From a bacterium (GTDB lineage: Bacteria; Babelota; Babeliae; Babelales; JAUWHS01), in the NCBI GenBank assembly GCA_043818275.1, contig JBDRFY010000079.1, positions 1 through 38,231 on the forward strand: a stretch of 38,231 nt of DNA. Reading direction: 5' to 3'. The translations under genes were made by a program, and so were the position numbers. Below the pieces are notes generated by a model, which made no database searches, was not told the DNA's origin, and saw only the letters and a program-made list of their open reading frames with translations. Below, piece after piece: positions 1-7,838 of this stretch. The first letter of the stretch is position 1. Each line of letters opens with the position of its first letter.

Positions 1-494
1 ATGAGTGTGCCAAGCGAAGCGCATGTTAATAAATCGGTGCAAATCCGATCTTGACAAGGTCTAGCCAACCGTCAAGAACAGAATTCGACATTCAGAGAGG
101 TAACGAACTGGATGAAGCTCGGAGGATGGATGTATCAGGCTGCAACGAAAGTGAATGTATTGAGCCCCGTAATATCCATTGTCGTAGAGGTCGACGCTTT
201 TCATTGTGACGGAAGACAATACCGCTGTAACGATTTGGCAAGGAAACAGCGGCTCTACCGGGGTCTGAGGCAGTGGCATGATACAAAATGGTTAACATGT
301 GAACTTGGGAGATCCACTAAGTTCTTCAATTTTGAAGTACGCCGAAACAAGTCAAACAAAGACGAATAATGCGGATAACTTAGTGGAAGTCGGACTGACT
401 GATAGTACTCTGAGTTTGGGAAAGCCAAGCACATGGCTGCAGATTGACAGCTAAGGGGAAGCGGTCAGAGAAAGTGAAACAGGTTGAAGCAACC

Positions 495-513
495 AAAAAA
501 AAAAAAAAAAAAA
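495..513 (+). repeat. A19 homopolymer upstream of the RT ribosome-binding site
   Basis: 19 consecutive A counted directly. Confidence 0.9.
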
Positions 514-528
514 GAGGTACCAGAGACG

Positions 529-1857
529 ATGAAAAGAACTTACGAAGATAAGCTCAACCTGATAGCTGAAATGGTTAAAAGAGACAAAAAGATTCGACTT
601 ACAACTTTGTATCACATGGTGAATTCTGACAGTCTCGAGAAGTGCTACAAAAAGCTCAACAAGGCGAGCGCTAGCGGCACTGATAGAGTAACAACACGAG
701 AATATGGAGCATACCTAGCGGATAATATCTCAGATTTAAACATTCGACTACGAAGGAAAACATACAAACCTAAATCGGTCAGACGTGTCAACATTCCAAA
801 ACCTGGAAAGAAAGGAGCGACAAGACCTCTTGGGTTACCGGCAACTGAAGATAAACTTGTTCAGATGGTAGCGAAAGAAATACTGGAAGCAATCTATGAA
901 CAGGACTTCAAAGATTTTTCACATGGTTTCAGACCGGGAAAAGGCTGTCATATGGCAATCAAAGAACTCAACAATGCTGTCATGTATAAGCCAATCAACT
1001 GCATTGTTGAGGTAGACATCAAGAAATTCTTCGACACAGTAAATCACAAATGGCTCTACGAAATGTTAAAACAACGAATAGCAGATCCAGTTTTTCTGGG
1101 TCTAATATGGAAAATGCTGAGGGCTGGTGTGATGGAAGGCGGTCAAGTAAAGACGAATGAGATTGGAACACCGCAAGGTGGAATAATAAGTCCAATACTT
1201 GCAAACATTTATTTGCACTATGCGTTGGATCTTTGGTTTGATGCGGTATACCGTAAACGAGCGAAAGGTTATGTTCAACTTATAAGATACTGTGATGACT
1301 TTGTCATGGTATGTGAAAGTAAACATGACGCACATCTATTTCTAGAGCTCCTTGAAGAACGTCTTGCAATGTTTAAACTGGAAATATCGGAAGATAAAAC
1401 CAAAATACTTAAATTTGGAAGACGAGTATGGCAACAAGCACAAAAGAGGAATGAGAAAATTGAAACTTTCGACTTCCTTGGATTTACGCATTATTGCGGA
1501 GCAAGTAGAAACGGATTGGTTATCATGGGACACAAAACATCGAAGCAACGATTGCGAGAAAAACTCAAAGCACACAATTTATGGCTAAAGAAAATGCGCA
1601 ATGGAGTTCCCATGGTGGATCTGTGGAAATTAATAAAAAGCAAGCTAATTGGACATTACAACTATTTTGGAATAAATGGAAACATACGATGTCTAAAGCA
1701 ATATTTTAGACGAATTATATCGCTTTGTTTCAAGTGGTTGAATAGAAGGAGTCAGAAGAAAAGCATGGATTGGAACCAATTTATGAAATATCTTCAGTGG
1801 AACCCTCTACCGCAACCACGAATTTATCACCAAATATTGTACTCTATGCCAAAGTAA
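529..1857 (+). CDS. ltrA: Group II intron reverse transcriptase/maturase, no C-terminal endonuclease domain
   Basis: Motifs RRVNIPKPGK..RPLGLP, SHGFRPGKGCH, VDIKKFFD, GTPQGGIISPILANIYLH, RYCDDFV, FDFLGF, and X/thumb domain GHYNYFG...WLNRRSQ. ATG529 follows GAGGT (514-518); the ORF track starts at TTG484, which reads through the poly-A. Confidence 0.95.
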   Translation: MKRTYEDKLNLIAEMVKRDKKIRLTTLYHMVNSDSLEKCYKKLNKASASGTDRVTTREYGAYLADNISDLNIRLRRKTYKPKSVRRVNIPKPGKKGATRPLGLPATEDKLVQMVAKEILEAIYEQDFKDFSHGFRPGKGCHMAIKELNNAVMYKPINCIVEVDIKKFFDTVNHKWLYEMLKQRIADPVFLGLIWKMLRAGVMEGGQVKTNEIGTPQGGIISPILANIYLHYALDLWFDAVYRKRAKGYVQLIRYCDDFVMVCESKHDAHLFLELLEERLAMFKLEISEDKTKILKFGRRVWQQAQKRNEKIETFDFLGFTHYCGASRNGLVIMGHKTSKQRLREKLKAHNLWLKKMRNGVPMVDLWKLIKSKLIGHYNYFGINGNIRCLKQYFRRIISLCFKWLNRRSQKKSMDWNQFMKYLQWNPLPQPRIYHQILYSMPK

Positions 1858-1874
1858 GTGAATGCACTTTTTAA

Positions 1875-1961
1875 GAGCCGTATGAGGGAAAACTTCAAGT
1901 ACGGTTCTGTGAGGGGCATTAAAACTTTAAAATTATTAGGAGTTAAATATGTCTACTCGAC
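1875..1961 (+). ncRNA. Group II intron catalytic domains V and VI
   Basis: AGC triad at 1876-1878, canonical DV hairpin, DVI with branch A seven nt from the 3' end. Confidence 0.93.
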
Positions 1962-2185
1962 AAAATATGTTTCCGCTAATTAATACGCAAATTATAACAA
2001 ATAAAAAAGGCCAGGAGTTAGGTGTTTTTATAGAAATGAAGGATTATAAATTGTTATTGGAAAAGTTTGAGGATTTAGTCTTAGGTATCATTGCTCATAA
2101 TATTAAAGAGAAAAGTGAAGGCTACGAATCATTAGAGAACATTAAAAAAGAGATAATGAATAAGCGTAAAAATGGAAAAAAATAA
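1949..2185 (+). CDS. Putative antitoxin of a RelBE/ParDE-type pair, interrupted by the intron (spliced form joins 1..4 to 1962..2185)
   Basis: Short ORF (ITNKKGQELGVFIEMKDYKLLLEKFED) overlapping the relE-like gene by 14 nt. Spliced start reads ATG AAA AAT ATG TTT; unspliced start is ATG1949 with AGGAG at 1938-1942. Confidence 0.72.
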   Translation: MSTRQNMFPLINTQIITNKKGQELGVFIEMKDYKLLLEKFEDLVLGIIAHNIKEKSEGYESLENIKKEIMNKRKNGKK

Positions 2186-2471
2186 TTTATATGGTTATAA
2201 AGTTCAATTTGATAAGAAAGCCAAAAAGCAACTTAGTTCTTTAAGCGCAAAAATTCAGGATAAAATATTAAGCAAATTGGAAGAGTTGATTGCCGAACAG
2301 AATAATTTAAACATAAAGAAGCTGTTTCTTTGTAAAAATCTTTATAGAATTAAATGTGGCGATTATCGGATAGTTTATGAACCTTTGCACAATGTTATTA
2401 TTGTTTATATAGTTGCGATTGATCATAGGAAAAAGGTGTATAAGTATATTGAAAAATTATTCTTGTATTAA
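2172..2471 (+). CDS. relE: RelE/ParE-family type II toxin
   Basis: 99 aa, basic; YKVQFDKKAKKQL...YRIKCGDYRIVY...IVAIDHRKKVY matches the RelE pattern. Confidence 0.88.
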   Translation: MEKNNLYGYKVQFDKKAKKQLSSLSAKIQDKILSKLEELIAEQNNLNIKKLFLCKNLYRIKCGDYRIVYEPLHNVIIVYIVAIDHRKKVYKYIEKLFLY

Positions 2472-3536
2472 TTGTTCAATTGTATCATTATGTATAATTT
2501 TTAAATTAATACTTTGATATTCTAACATTTTGGTTGGTCTGGAAACCCAATTGATTATATCTTTATCCCGAAACAATAATCCGTAATCAGCGCCTGATAA
2601 ATATTTATAAACTTCATTAGGTTTAACGCTCAAAACACAAAAATTATTTTTTGGTATTTTTTGTTTTTCTGTTTCTTTTTCAAATTCATTTTTATCTTTA
2701 GATAAGATTAATAAAAAGGTATTTGGATTTTTTTCGTGAATGTTTTTAAAATATTCGATACTTTCTTTAGCGCATTGCCATGGTCGCATTGATCCGCTGT
2801 AAACATAAACTTTATAATTAAATGGAATTTTTAATTGTTTCCTTATTTCTTCTTTCCAAATTTGGATTTGTGAGTCATTAATTTTTTCAGGGATGTCATT
2901 TGATGCAATATAAATTTTGTCACTTTTAGCATTAAAGTTTTTAACCAAATATTCTTTTAGAGCATCGCTGACCGATTCAATTTTGAAAATTTCATATTTG
3001 TTTGAATAAGTTTGTTTTTCTACTTTTTTGAAACTTTTGTAAATAAATTTCTGCAAAAGCTTTTTAAATAAATTTTTATTTTGGTATTTCATTGAAAATC
3101 TGAATTCTTCTGCGCAAAGGCCTCGCGCCTGTATTATTAAATCTTTTTTTAAATTTAATTTTTGTATAGCTTTTAAACTTATAAAACCGGCCAGTGGCCC
3201 ACGTGCAATAATTTTTTGAAATTCTAATTTGGCTAATATTTTAATTAATTGTTTTTGAGGGTAAAAAAGAGTTGTTTTACCTAAAAAAGGGAGTTTTTTT
3301 GCAAATATAAAATTTATTTTAGGGTGAAAAGGAGACTGAATATTTTTTAAACGAAAATCTTCAAAAGATATAATTGTTATTTGTTGATATGTATTATTTT
3401 TAATTAATTTGATTAATGGTTGAAAAACCTGACTTTCAAAAACAGAATTATAGATGCTGTCATATAGTATAAAGATTAAATTTTTAGACATTTGTTTATG
3501 CCTTAAGATTTTTAGATTAAAATTAATTTTTGTCAT
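2457..3536 (-). CDS. GT-B fold glycosyltransferase (GT4-like); start may be ATG at 3491
   Basis: VFESQV, YVYSGSMRPWQ, YLSGADYGLLFR...SRPTKMLEY resemble GT4 C-terminal motifs. Confidence 0.7.
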   Translation of the reverse strand: MTKINFNLKILRHKQMSKNLIFILYDSIYNSVFESQVFQPLIKLIKNNTYQQITIISFEDFRLKNIQSPFHPKINFIFAKKLPFLGKTTLFYPQKQLIKILAKLEFQKIIARGPLAGFISLKAIQKLNLKKDLIIQARGLCAEEFRFSMKYQNKNLFKKLLQKFIYKSFKKVEKQTYSNKYEIFKIESVSDALKEYLVKNFNAKSDKIYIASNDIPEKINDSQIQIWKEEIRKQLKIPFNYKVYVYSGSMRPWQCAKESIEYFKNIHEKNPNTFLLILSKDKNEFEKETEKQKIPKNNFCVLSVKPNEVYKYLSGADYGLLFRDKDIINWVSRPTKMLEYQSINLKIIHNDTIEQLIQE

Positions 3537-3584
3537 AAATTATAGATGTTTTGAAATTTTTTAAAATTAAAAGGCGGATTGTTT

Positions 3585-5975
3585 ATGAAGTTTATAAAAT
3601 CTTTTGAAGCAGTTGGATTGAAAGATATTCCATTGGTTGGTGGAAAAAATGCGTCGTTGGGGGAAATGATAAAAAATCTTTCACCTCAGGGAATTTTAGT
3701 CCCTTTAGGCTTTGCTGTTACCTCTCAAGCTTATTGGCATTATTTAAAACAAAATAAATTGGATGATAAAATTAAGAATCTGTTGAATCAATTGGACAAA
3801 AAAAATAAAAATCTAAAACAGCTTGAAAAAGTTGGAAAACAGATTCGAAGTTTAATTGAAAAAGCCACGTTGCCAAAAGATCTGGAAGAACAAATTGTGG
3901 ATGCTTACGAGGAACTTGAGAAAAAGTATGGTAAAAATTGTGATGTGGCTGTCCGCTCTTCCGCGACAGCCGAAGATTTACCAGAAGCTTCTTTCGCGGG
4001 GCAGCAAGAAACCTTTTTAAATATTCAGGGGCAAAAAAACTTATTGGACGCCTGTAAAAAATCTTTTGCATCGCTTTTTACAGATCGTGCAATTTCATAC
4101 AGACAAGATCATGGTTTTGATCACATGGATGTTGCACTTTCAATTGGGGTGCAAAAAATGGTTAGATCTGATCTTGCAAGCGCTGGAGTTATTTTTACTC
4201 TTGATACCGAATCAGGTTTTAAGGATGTTGTTCTTATAAATTCTTCTTATGGCTTAGGGGAGTCAGTTGTAAAAGGTGTTGTTAATCCTGATGAATTTTA
4301 TGTCCATAAACCAACTTTGGAAAAAAATTTTAAACCTGTTTTGAAAAAACGCCTGGGAAGTAAAAAATCTAAATTAATTTATTCAAAAACAGGTGAAAAA
4401 ATAAAAACAGTCGCTGTATCTGAAAATGATCAAAAACTTTTTTCTTTAACAGATGAAGAAATTTTAAAGTTGGCAGAGCAGGCTTTGTTAATTGAAAAAC
4501 ATTATTCAAAAATTAAAAACCGTTGGATGCCGATGGATATAGAATGGGCAAAAGATGGTAAAGATGGAAAAATTTATATTTTGCAGGCTCGTCCTGAAAC
4601 CGTTCATTCTTTAGATTTAAATAAAAACTTTATTCAGGAATATGTTTTAAAAAAAGACAAAGATTTAAAAAATAAAATTTTGGTAACAGGAAAAGGTGTT
4701 GGCAGAAAAATTGTTTCAGGTATCGCCAGAGTAATTAATTCAGCTAAAGAAATATCAAAAATTAAAAAAGGTGAAATTTTAATAACAGATATGACTGATC
4801 CGGATTGGGAACCGGCAATGAAAATTGCAGCAGGTATTGTTACAAACAGAGGGGGTAGAACGTGTCACGCCTCAATAGTAAGTCGTGAATTAGGGATTCC
4901 TGCTATTGTTGGAACGCATGATGCGACTAAAAAAATAAAAACGGGCCAGCAAATCACAATTGATTGTAGTAGTGGAGAAACAGGAGTTATTTATTCTGGC
5001 AAAATTCCTTTTATAATTGAAAAAATTGAGTTAAAAAAATTACCAAAACCTCCAGTTGAATTAATGTTAAATGTTGCTGATCCTGATCAGGCTTTTAATT
5101 TTGCATTACTGCCCCAGGATGGAGTTGGGTTGGCAAGAATAGAATTTATAATAAATAATTCAATTAAAATTCATCCAAATGCATTAATTTATCCAGAAAA
5201 GATTAAAGATAAAAAAATAAAAAAGGAAATAGAGAATCTGACTTTTAGTTATAAGGATAAAAAACAATTTTATGTAGACACATTGGCTCAGGAAGCAGGA
5301 ACAATAGCGGCTGCTTTTTGGCCTAAACCTGTAATAATTCGTATGTCAGATTTTAAAAGTAATGAATATAGAGAGTTAATTGGTGGTAAATACTTTGAAC
5401 CTGAAGAAGAAAATCCTATGCTTGGTTTTCGGGGAGCTTGCCGTTATTACAACGAACAATTTAAACATGCTTTTGCACTTGAATGTTTAGCGATGAAAAA
5501 AATAAGACAAGAAATGGGATTAACTAATGTTAAATTGATGATACCTTTTGTCAGAACAATAGATGATGCAATGAATGTTATTAAAGAAATGACAAAATAT
5601 GATCTCGTGCAAAAAAAAGATGGTTTGCAAATTTATATGATGTGTGAAATTCCAAGTAATGTTTTATTAATAGATGATTTCAGTGAAATTTTTGATGGTT
5701 TTTCTATTGGTTCAAATGATTTAACTCAAACAATTCTTGCCGTTGATCGTGATTCGCAATTAGTCTCAAATCTTTTTGATGAAAGAAATAAAGCTGTAAA
5801 ATTAATGATGATGCAGGCGATTAAGGGCGCAAGAAAAAATAATAAAAAAATTGGAATTTGTGGTCAGGCTCCATCAGATTTTCCTGAACTTGCAGAATTT
5901 TTAATTAAACAGGGAATTAATTCTATTTCTTTGAATCCGGATTCTTTGTTAAGAACTTTGATTAAAATAAAATAG
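3585..5975 (+). CDS. ppsA: Phosphoenolpyruvate synthase
   Basis: VGGKNASLGEM, VAVRSSATAEDLPEASFAGQQETFLN, phospho-His motif GGRTCHASIVSRE, GFSIGSNDLTQ, GICGQAPSD. Confidence 0.97.
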   Translation: MKFIKSFEAVGLKDIPLVGGKNASLGEMIKNLSPQGILVPLGFAVTSQAYWHYLKQNKLDDKIKNLLNQLDKKNKNLKQLEKVGKQIRSLIEKATLPKDLEEQIVDAYEELEKKYGKNCDVAVRSSATAEDLPEASFAGQQETFLNIQGQKNLLDACKKSFASLFTDRAISYRQDHGFDHMDVALSIGVQKMVRSDLASAGVIFTLDTESGFKDVVLINSSYGLGESVVKGVVNPDEFYVHKPTLEKNFKPVLKKRLGSKKSKLIYSKTGEKIKTVAVSENDQKLFSLTDEEILKLAEQALLIEKHYSKIKNRWMPMDIEWAKDGKDGKIYILQARPETVHSLDLNKNFIQEYVLKKDKDLKNKILVTGKGVGRKIVSGIARVINSAKEISKIKKGEILITDMTDPDWEPAMKIAAGIVTNRGGRTCHASIVSRELGIPAIVGTHDATKKIKTGQQITIDCSSGETGVIYSGKIPFIIEKIELKKLPKPPVELMLNVADPDQAFNFALLPQDGVGLARIEFIINNSIKIHPNALIYPEKIKDKKIKKEIENLTFSYKDKKQFYVDTLAQEAGTIAAAFWPKPVIIRMSDFKSNEYRELIGGKYFEPEEENPMLGFRGACRYYNEQFKHAFALECLAMKKIRQEMGLTNVKLMIPFVRTIDDAMNVIKEMTKYDLVQKKDGLQIYMMCEIPSNVLLIDDFSEIFDGFSIGSNDLTQTILAVDRDSQLVSNLFDERNKAVKLMMMQAIKGARKNNKKIGICGQAPSDFPELAEFLIKQGINSISLNPDSLLRTLIKIK

Positions 5976-6000
5976 CACCTCAATTGAGGCGCTATTTTAT
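5967..6000. terminator. Bidirectional intrinsic terminator between convergent genes
   Basis: ATAAAATAGCACCTC-AATT-GAGGCGCTATTTTAT hairpin with A/T-rich arms. Confidence 0.8.
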
Positions 6001-6007
6001 TGTTTTT

Positions 6008-6592
6008 TTATCCACCAATTCTTTGTTGTAATTGTTGAACTAATTTTGTTAATTCAGTAATTTTCTTTTCTAATTCTGCAATTTTACCATCTGATTGAGT
6101 TGTTGCTGTTGTTGGCGTGGTATAAGTTGGTGTTGGAGCTTTTGGCGCTGTGTAAGTTGTTGGCGCGGTATAAGTTTGAGTTGTAGCTTTTGGCGCTGTG
6201 TAAGTCTGCGTTGTAGTTTTTGGAGCCGTGGAAGTCGTAGTTTTTTGTGTTGTATAATCTTTTGTCTTGGTTGAGGTTGTGTCTGTTGCAGAAGTTGCGC
6301 CTGTTTGAGATGTTGCAGCTCCCGTAGATGTTTTTGGGTTATAATTAGTAATTGTTGTTACATGACTTGGCAAGGTCAGCGCGCTTCGTTGCGCTGAAGT
6401 TAATGAAATTGGGTTTCCAGCCAAAAAATTATTCGCTTGTTGTTGTCCAAGAATATTTACAAGCGCTGCCTCCATAACGTTTTGTTTAGGATAATAATTA
6501 TCCCCCCTGCTGTTGAGGTACCAGATTTGAGTTTTAGCGCCCAAATTCATAGTAAAAATTAAGAAAAAAAGCAGTAAAAAATATTTTTTCAT
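6008..6592 (-). CDS. Secreted Thr/Pro/Ala-rich low-complexity protein with C-terminal coiled coil
   Basis: Signal peptide MKKYFLLLFFLIFTMNLGA, Thr-rich repeats, heptad tail IAELEKKITELTKLVQQLQQ; GGGAG SD upstream. Confidence 0.8.
   Translation of the reverse strand: MKKYFLLLFFLIFTMNLGAKTQIWYLNSRGDNYYPKQNVMEAALVNILGQQQANNFLAGNPISLTSAQRSALTLPSHVTTITNYNPKTSTGAATSQTGATSATDTTSTKTKDYTTQKTTTSTAPKTTTQTYTAPKATTQTYTAPTTYTAPKAPTPTYTTPTTATTQSDGKIAELEKKITELTKLVQQLQQRIGG
6121..6228 (-). repeat. Intragenic degenerate 30-bp tandem repeat (APKxTTQTYT)
   Basis: Units at 6121-6150, 6151-6168 (shortened to 18 bp), 6169-6198 and 6199-6228. Confidence 0.8.
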
Positions 6593-6714
6593 TTTTCTCC
6601 CTTTGTTTATTAAAATTATCTTCCCGAAACATCTTTACTATAATATTAAATAATTTCTTTTTGATGCAATAATTTGTTAAAGTTTGTTTTTGATTTAAAT
6701 AAAGGATTTTTTAA

Positions 6715-6981
6715 ATGATTTCTTTTTTATTAGGTTTAGGGCTAGGCATTTTTTATAGTCATGCGTTTTTATTTCAGCAAAAGAAAAATTTTAATTTGTC
6801 AGTTCAAAAAAAGACAATAATCCGTAATTCTGTTTTTAGCATGTTTACAAGATTTTTGATTTTTCTTTTATTTCTTATCTTTTTTTCTTTAATATTAAGC
6901 ATTAATATTTTTTTAGTTATTTTTGGTTTTTTGATTTCTTTTTGGTTGTATATTTTTATTTCTCTTAGGAAAAAAATATGA
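6715..6981 (+). CDS. atpI: ATP synthase subunit I / AtpR-like membrane protein
   Basis: Small hydrophobic ORF (SMFTRF) overlapping the atpB start by ATGA. Confidence 0.65.
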   Translation: MISFLLGLGLGIFYSHAFLFQQKKNFNLSVQKKTIIRNSVFSMFTRFLIFLLFLIFFSLILSINIFLVIFGFLISFWLYIFISLRKKI

Positions 6982-7838
6982 ATATCTCGATTTTTGAATA
7001 TTGGGCAGTAAGACCATTAGCTAAATTTGGTTTAACCGGTAAATTTTGGGATATTCATTTAGATACCTTAATTTATACATGGGCAGCGATGTTGCTTTTG
7101 TTTGGCGTATCTTTAGTTGGTGTTTATTTTATAAAAAGAAAAATTAATATTGTTTCACTGCTTACAGAACAAGGAGTTGATTTTTTTATAAATCTTACCA
7201 AAGAATCTATGGGTTCAACTTTTACTTATAAACATTTTGCATTTATTGCAACCATGTTTTTTTATACGCTTTTTTGTTGCTTAATTGGATTATTTCCATA
7301 TCTGGAAGAATCTACAAAAGATCTGAATACAACTTTGGCTTTGGCAATTATAAGTTTTTTGTATGTTCATTATCAAAAAATAAAATATAAGGGGTTGAAA
7401 GGTTATTTAAAAGAATATATTGAACCCTTTTTTGTTTTACTTCCATTAAACGTAATTGGGGAAATTGCAAAAGTTATTTCAATGTCATTTCGTCTTTTCG
7501 GAAATATTTTGGGTGGTGGAATTATATTTTTTATTGTTGTTGAAGTTATTAGAGTTTATAAGATTCCTTTCATGATTTTTACATTAGTTGTTTTAGCTTC
7601 TTATTTTATTATTAATAAATTTGTAGATTTAAATGCGCATAGAATTTTAAAAATTCACCTATATACTTTTTTAGGATTAATTTTCTCTCTAGCCTGGTTA
7701 CAAATGTTTTTTGGGGTTTTTGAAGGAGTTGTGCAGGCTTTTGTCATAACAATGCTGACAATAACTTATTTAGCTGTTGGTATTCATAACGAAGATGAAG
7801 TAGTAAATCAAAAAGGAACTCAAGATGTTGACGCCTGA
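6978..7838 (+). CDS. atpB: Fo ATP synthase subunit a
   Basis: TKDLNTTLALA, PLNVIGEIAKVISMSFRLFGN (essential Arg), VQAFVITMLTITY. Confidence 0.95.
   Translation: MNISIFEYWAVRPLAKFGLTGKFWDIHLDTLIYTWAAMLLLFGVSLVGVYFIKRKINIVSLLTEQGVDFFINLTKESMGSTFTYKHFAFIATMFFYTLFCCLIGLFPYLEESTKDLNTTLALAIISFLYVHYQKIKYKGLKGYLKEYIEPFFVLLPLNVIGEIAKVISMSFRLFGNILGGGIIFFIVVEVIRVYKIPFMIFTLVVLASYFIINKFVDLNAHRILKIHLYTFLGLIFSLAWLQMFFGVFEGVVQAFVITMLTITYLAVGIHNEDEVVNQKGTQDVDA

Larger units (their letters stand above)
5..1961 (+). mobile_element. Complete group II intron (ribozyme plus intron-encoded RT/maturase)
   Basis: 5' end GTGTG at 5-9 (GUGYG consensus). Domain V GAGCCGTATGAGGGAAAACTTCAAGTACGGTTC at 1875-1907. Domain VI stem 1911-1919/1949-1958 with bulged A1955. 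3' end ...CTACTCGAC ends in AC at 1961. RT ORF lies inside; the region is GC-richer than its flank. Confidence 0.93.

Noticed and set aside
61..369. Short ORFs 61..279, 92..298 and 112..369
   Set aside because: They overlie structured intron RNA domains and have no recognisable protein motifs.
484..528. Poly-Lys N-terminus MKQPKKKKKK of the RT
   Set aside because: It results from reading the A19 tract from a TTG; ATG529 has a better SD.
484..1857. RT as a retron, DGR, Abi or CRISPR-associated RT, or RT+RelE as a retron-effector defence system
   Set aside because: It has a maturase X domain and is enclosed by GUGYG and DV/DVI ribozyme ends. I saw no msr/msd inverted repeats, TR/VR pair or cas genes.
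2457..2471. 15-nt convergent overlap of relE and the glycosyltransferase as antisense regulation
   Set aside because: Short tail-to-tail overlaps are common in compact AT-rich genomes; no further support.
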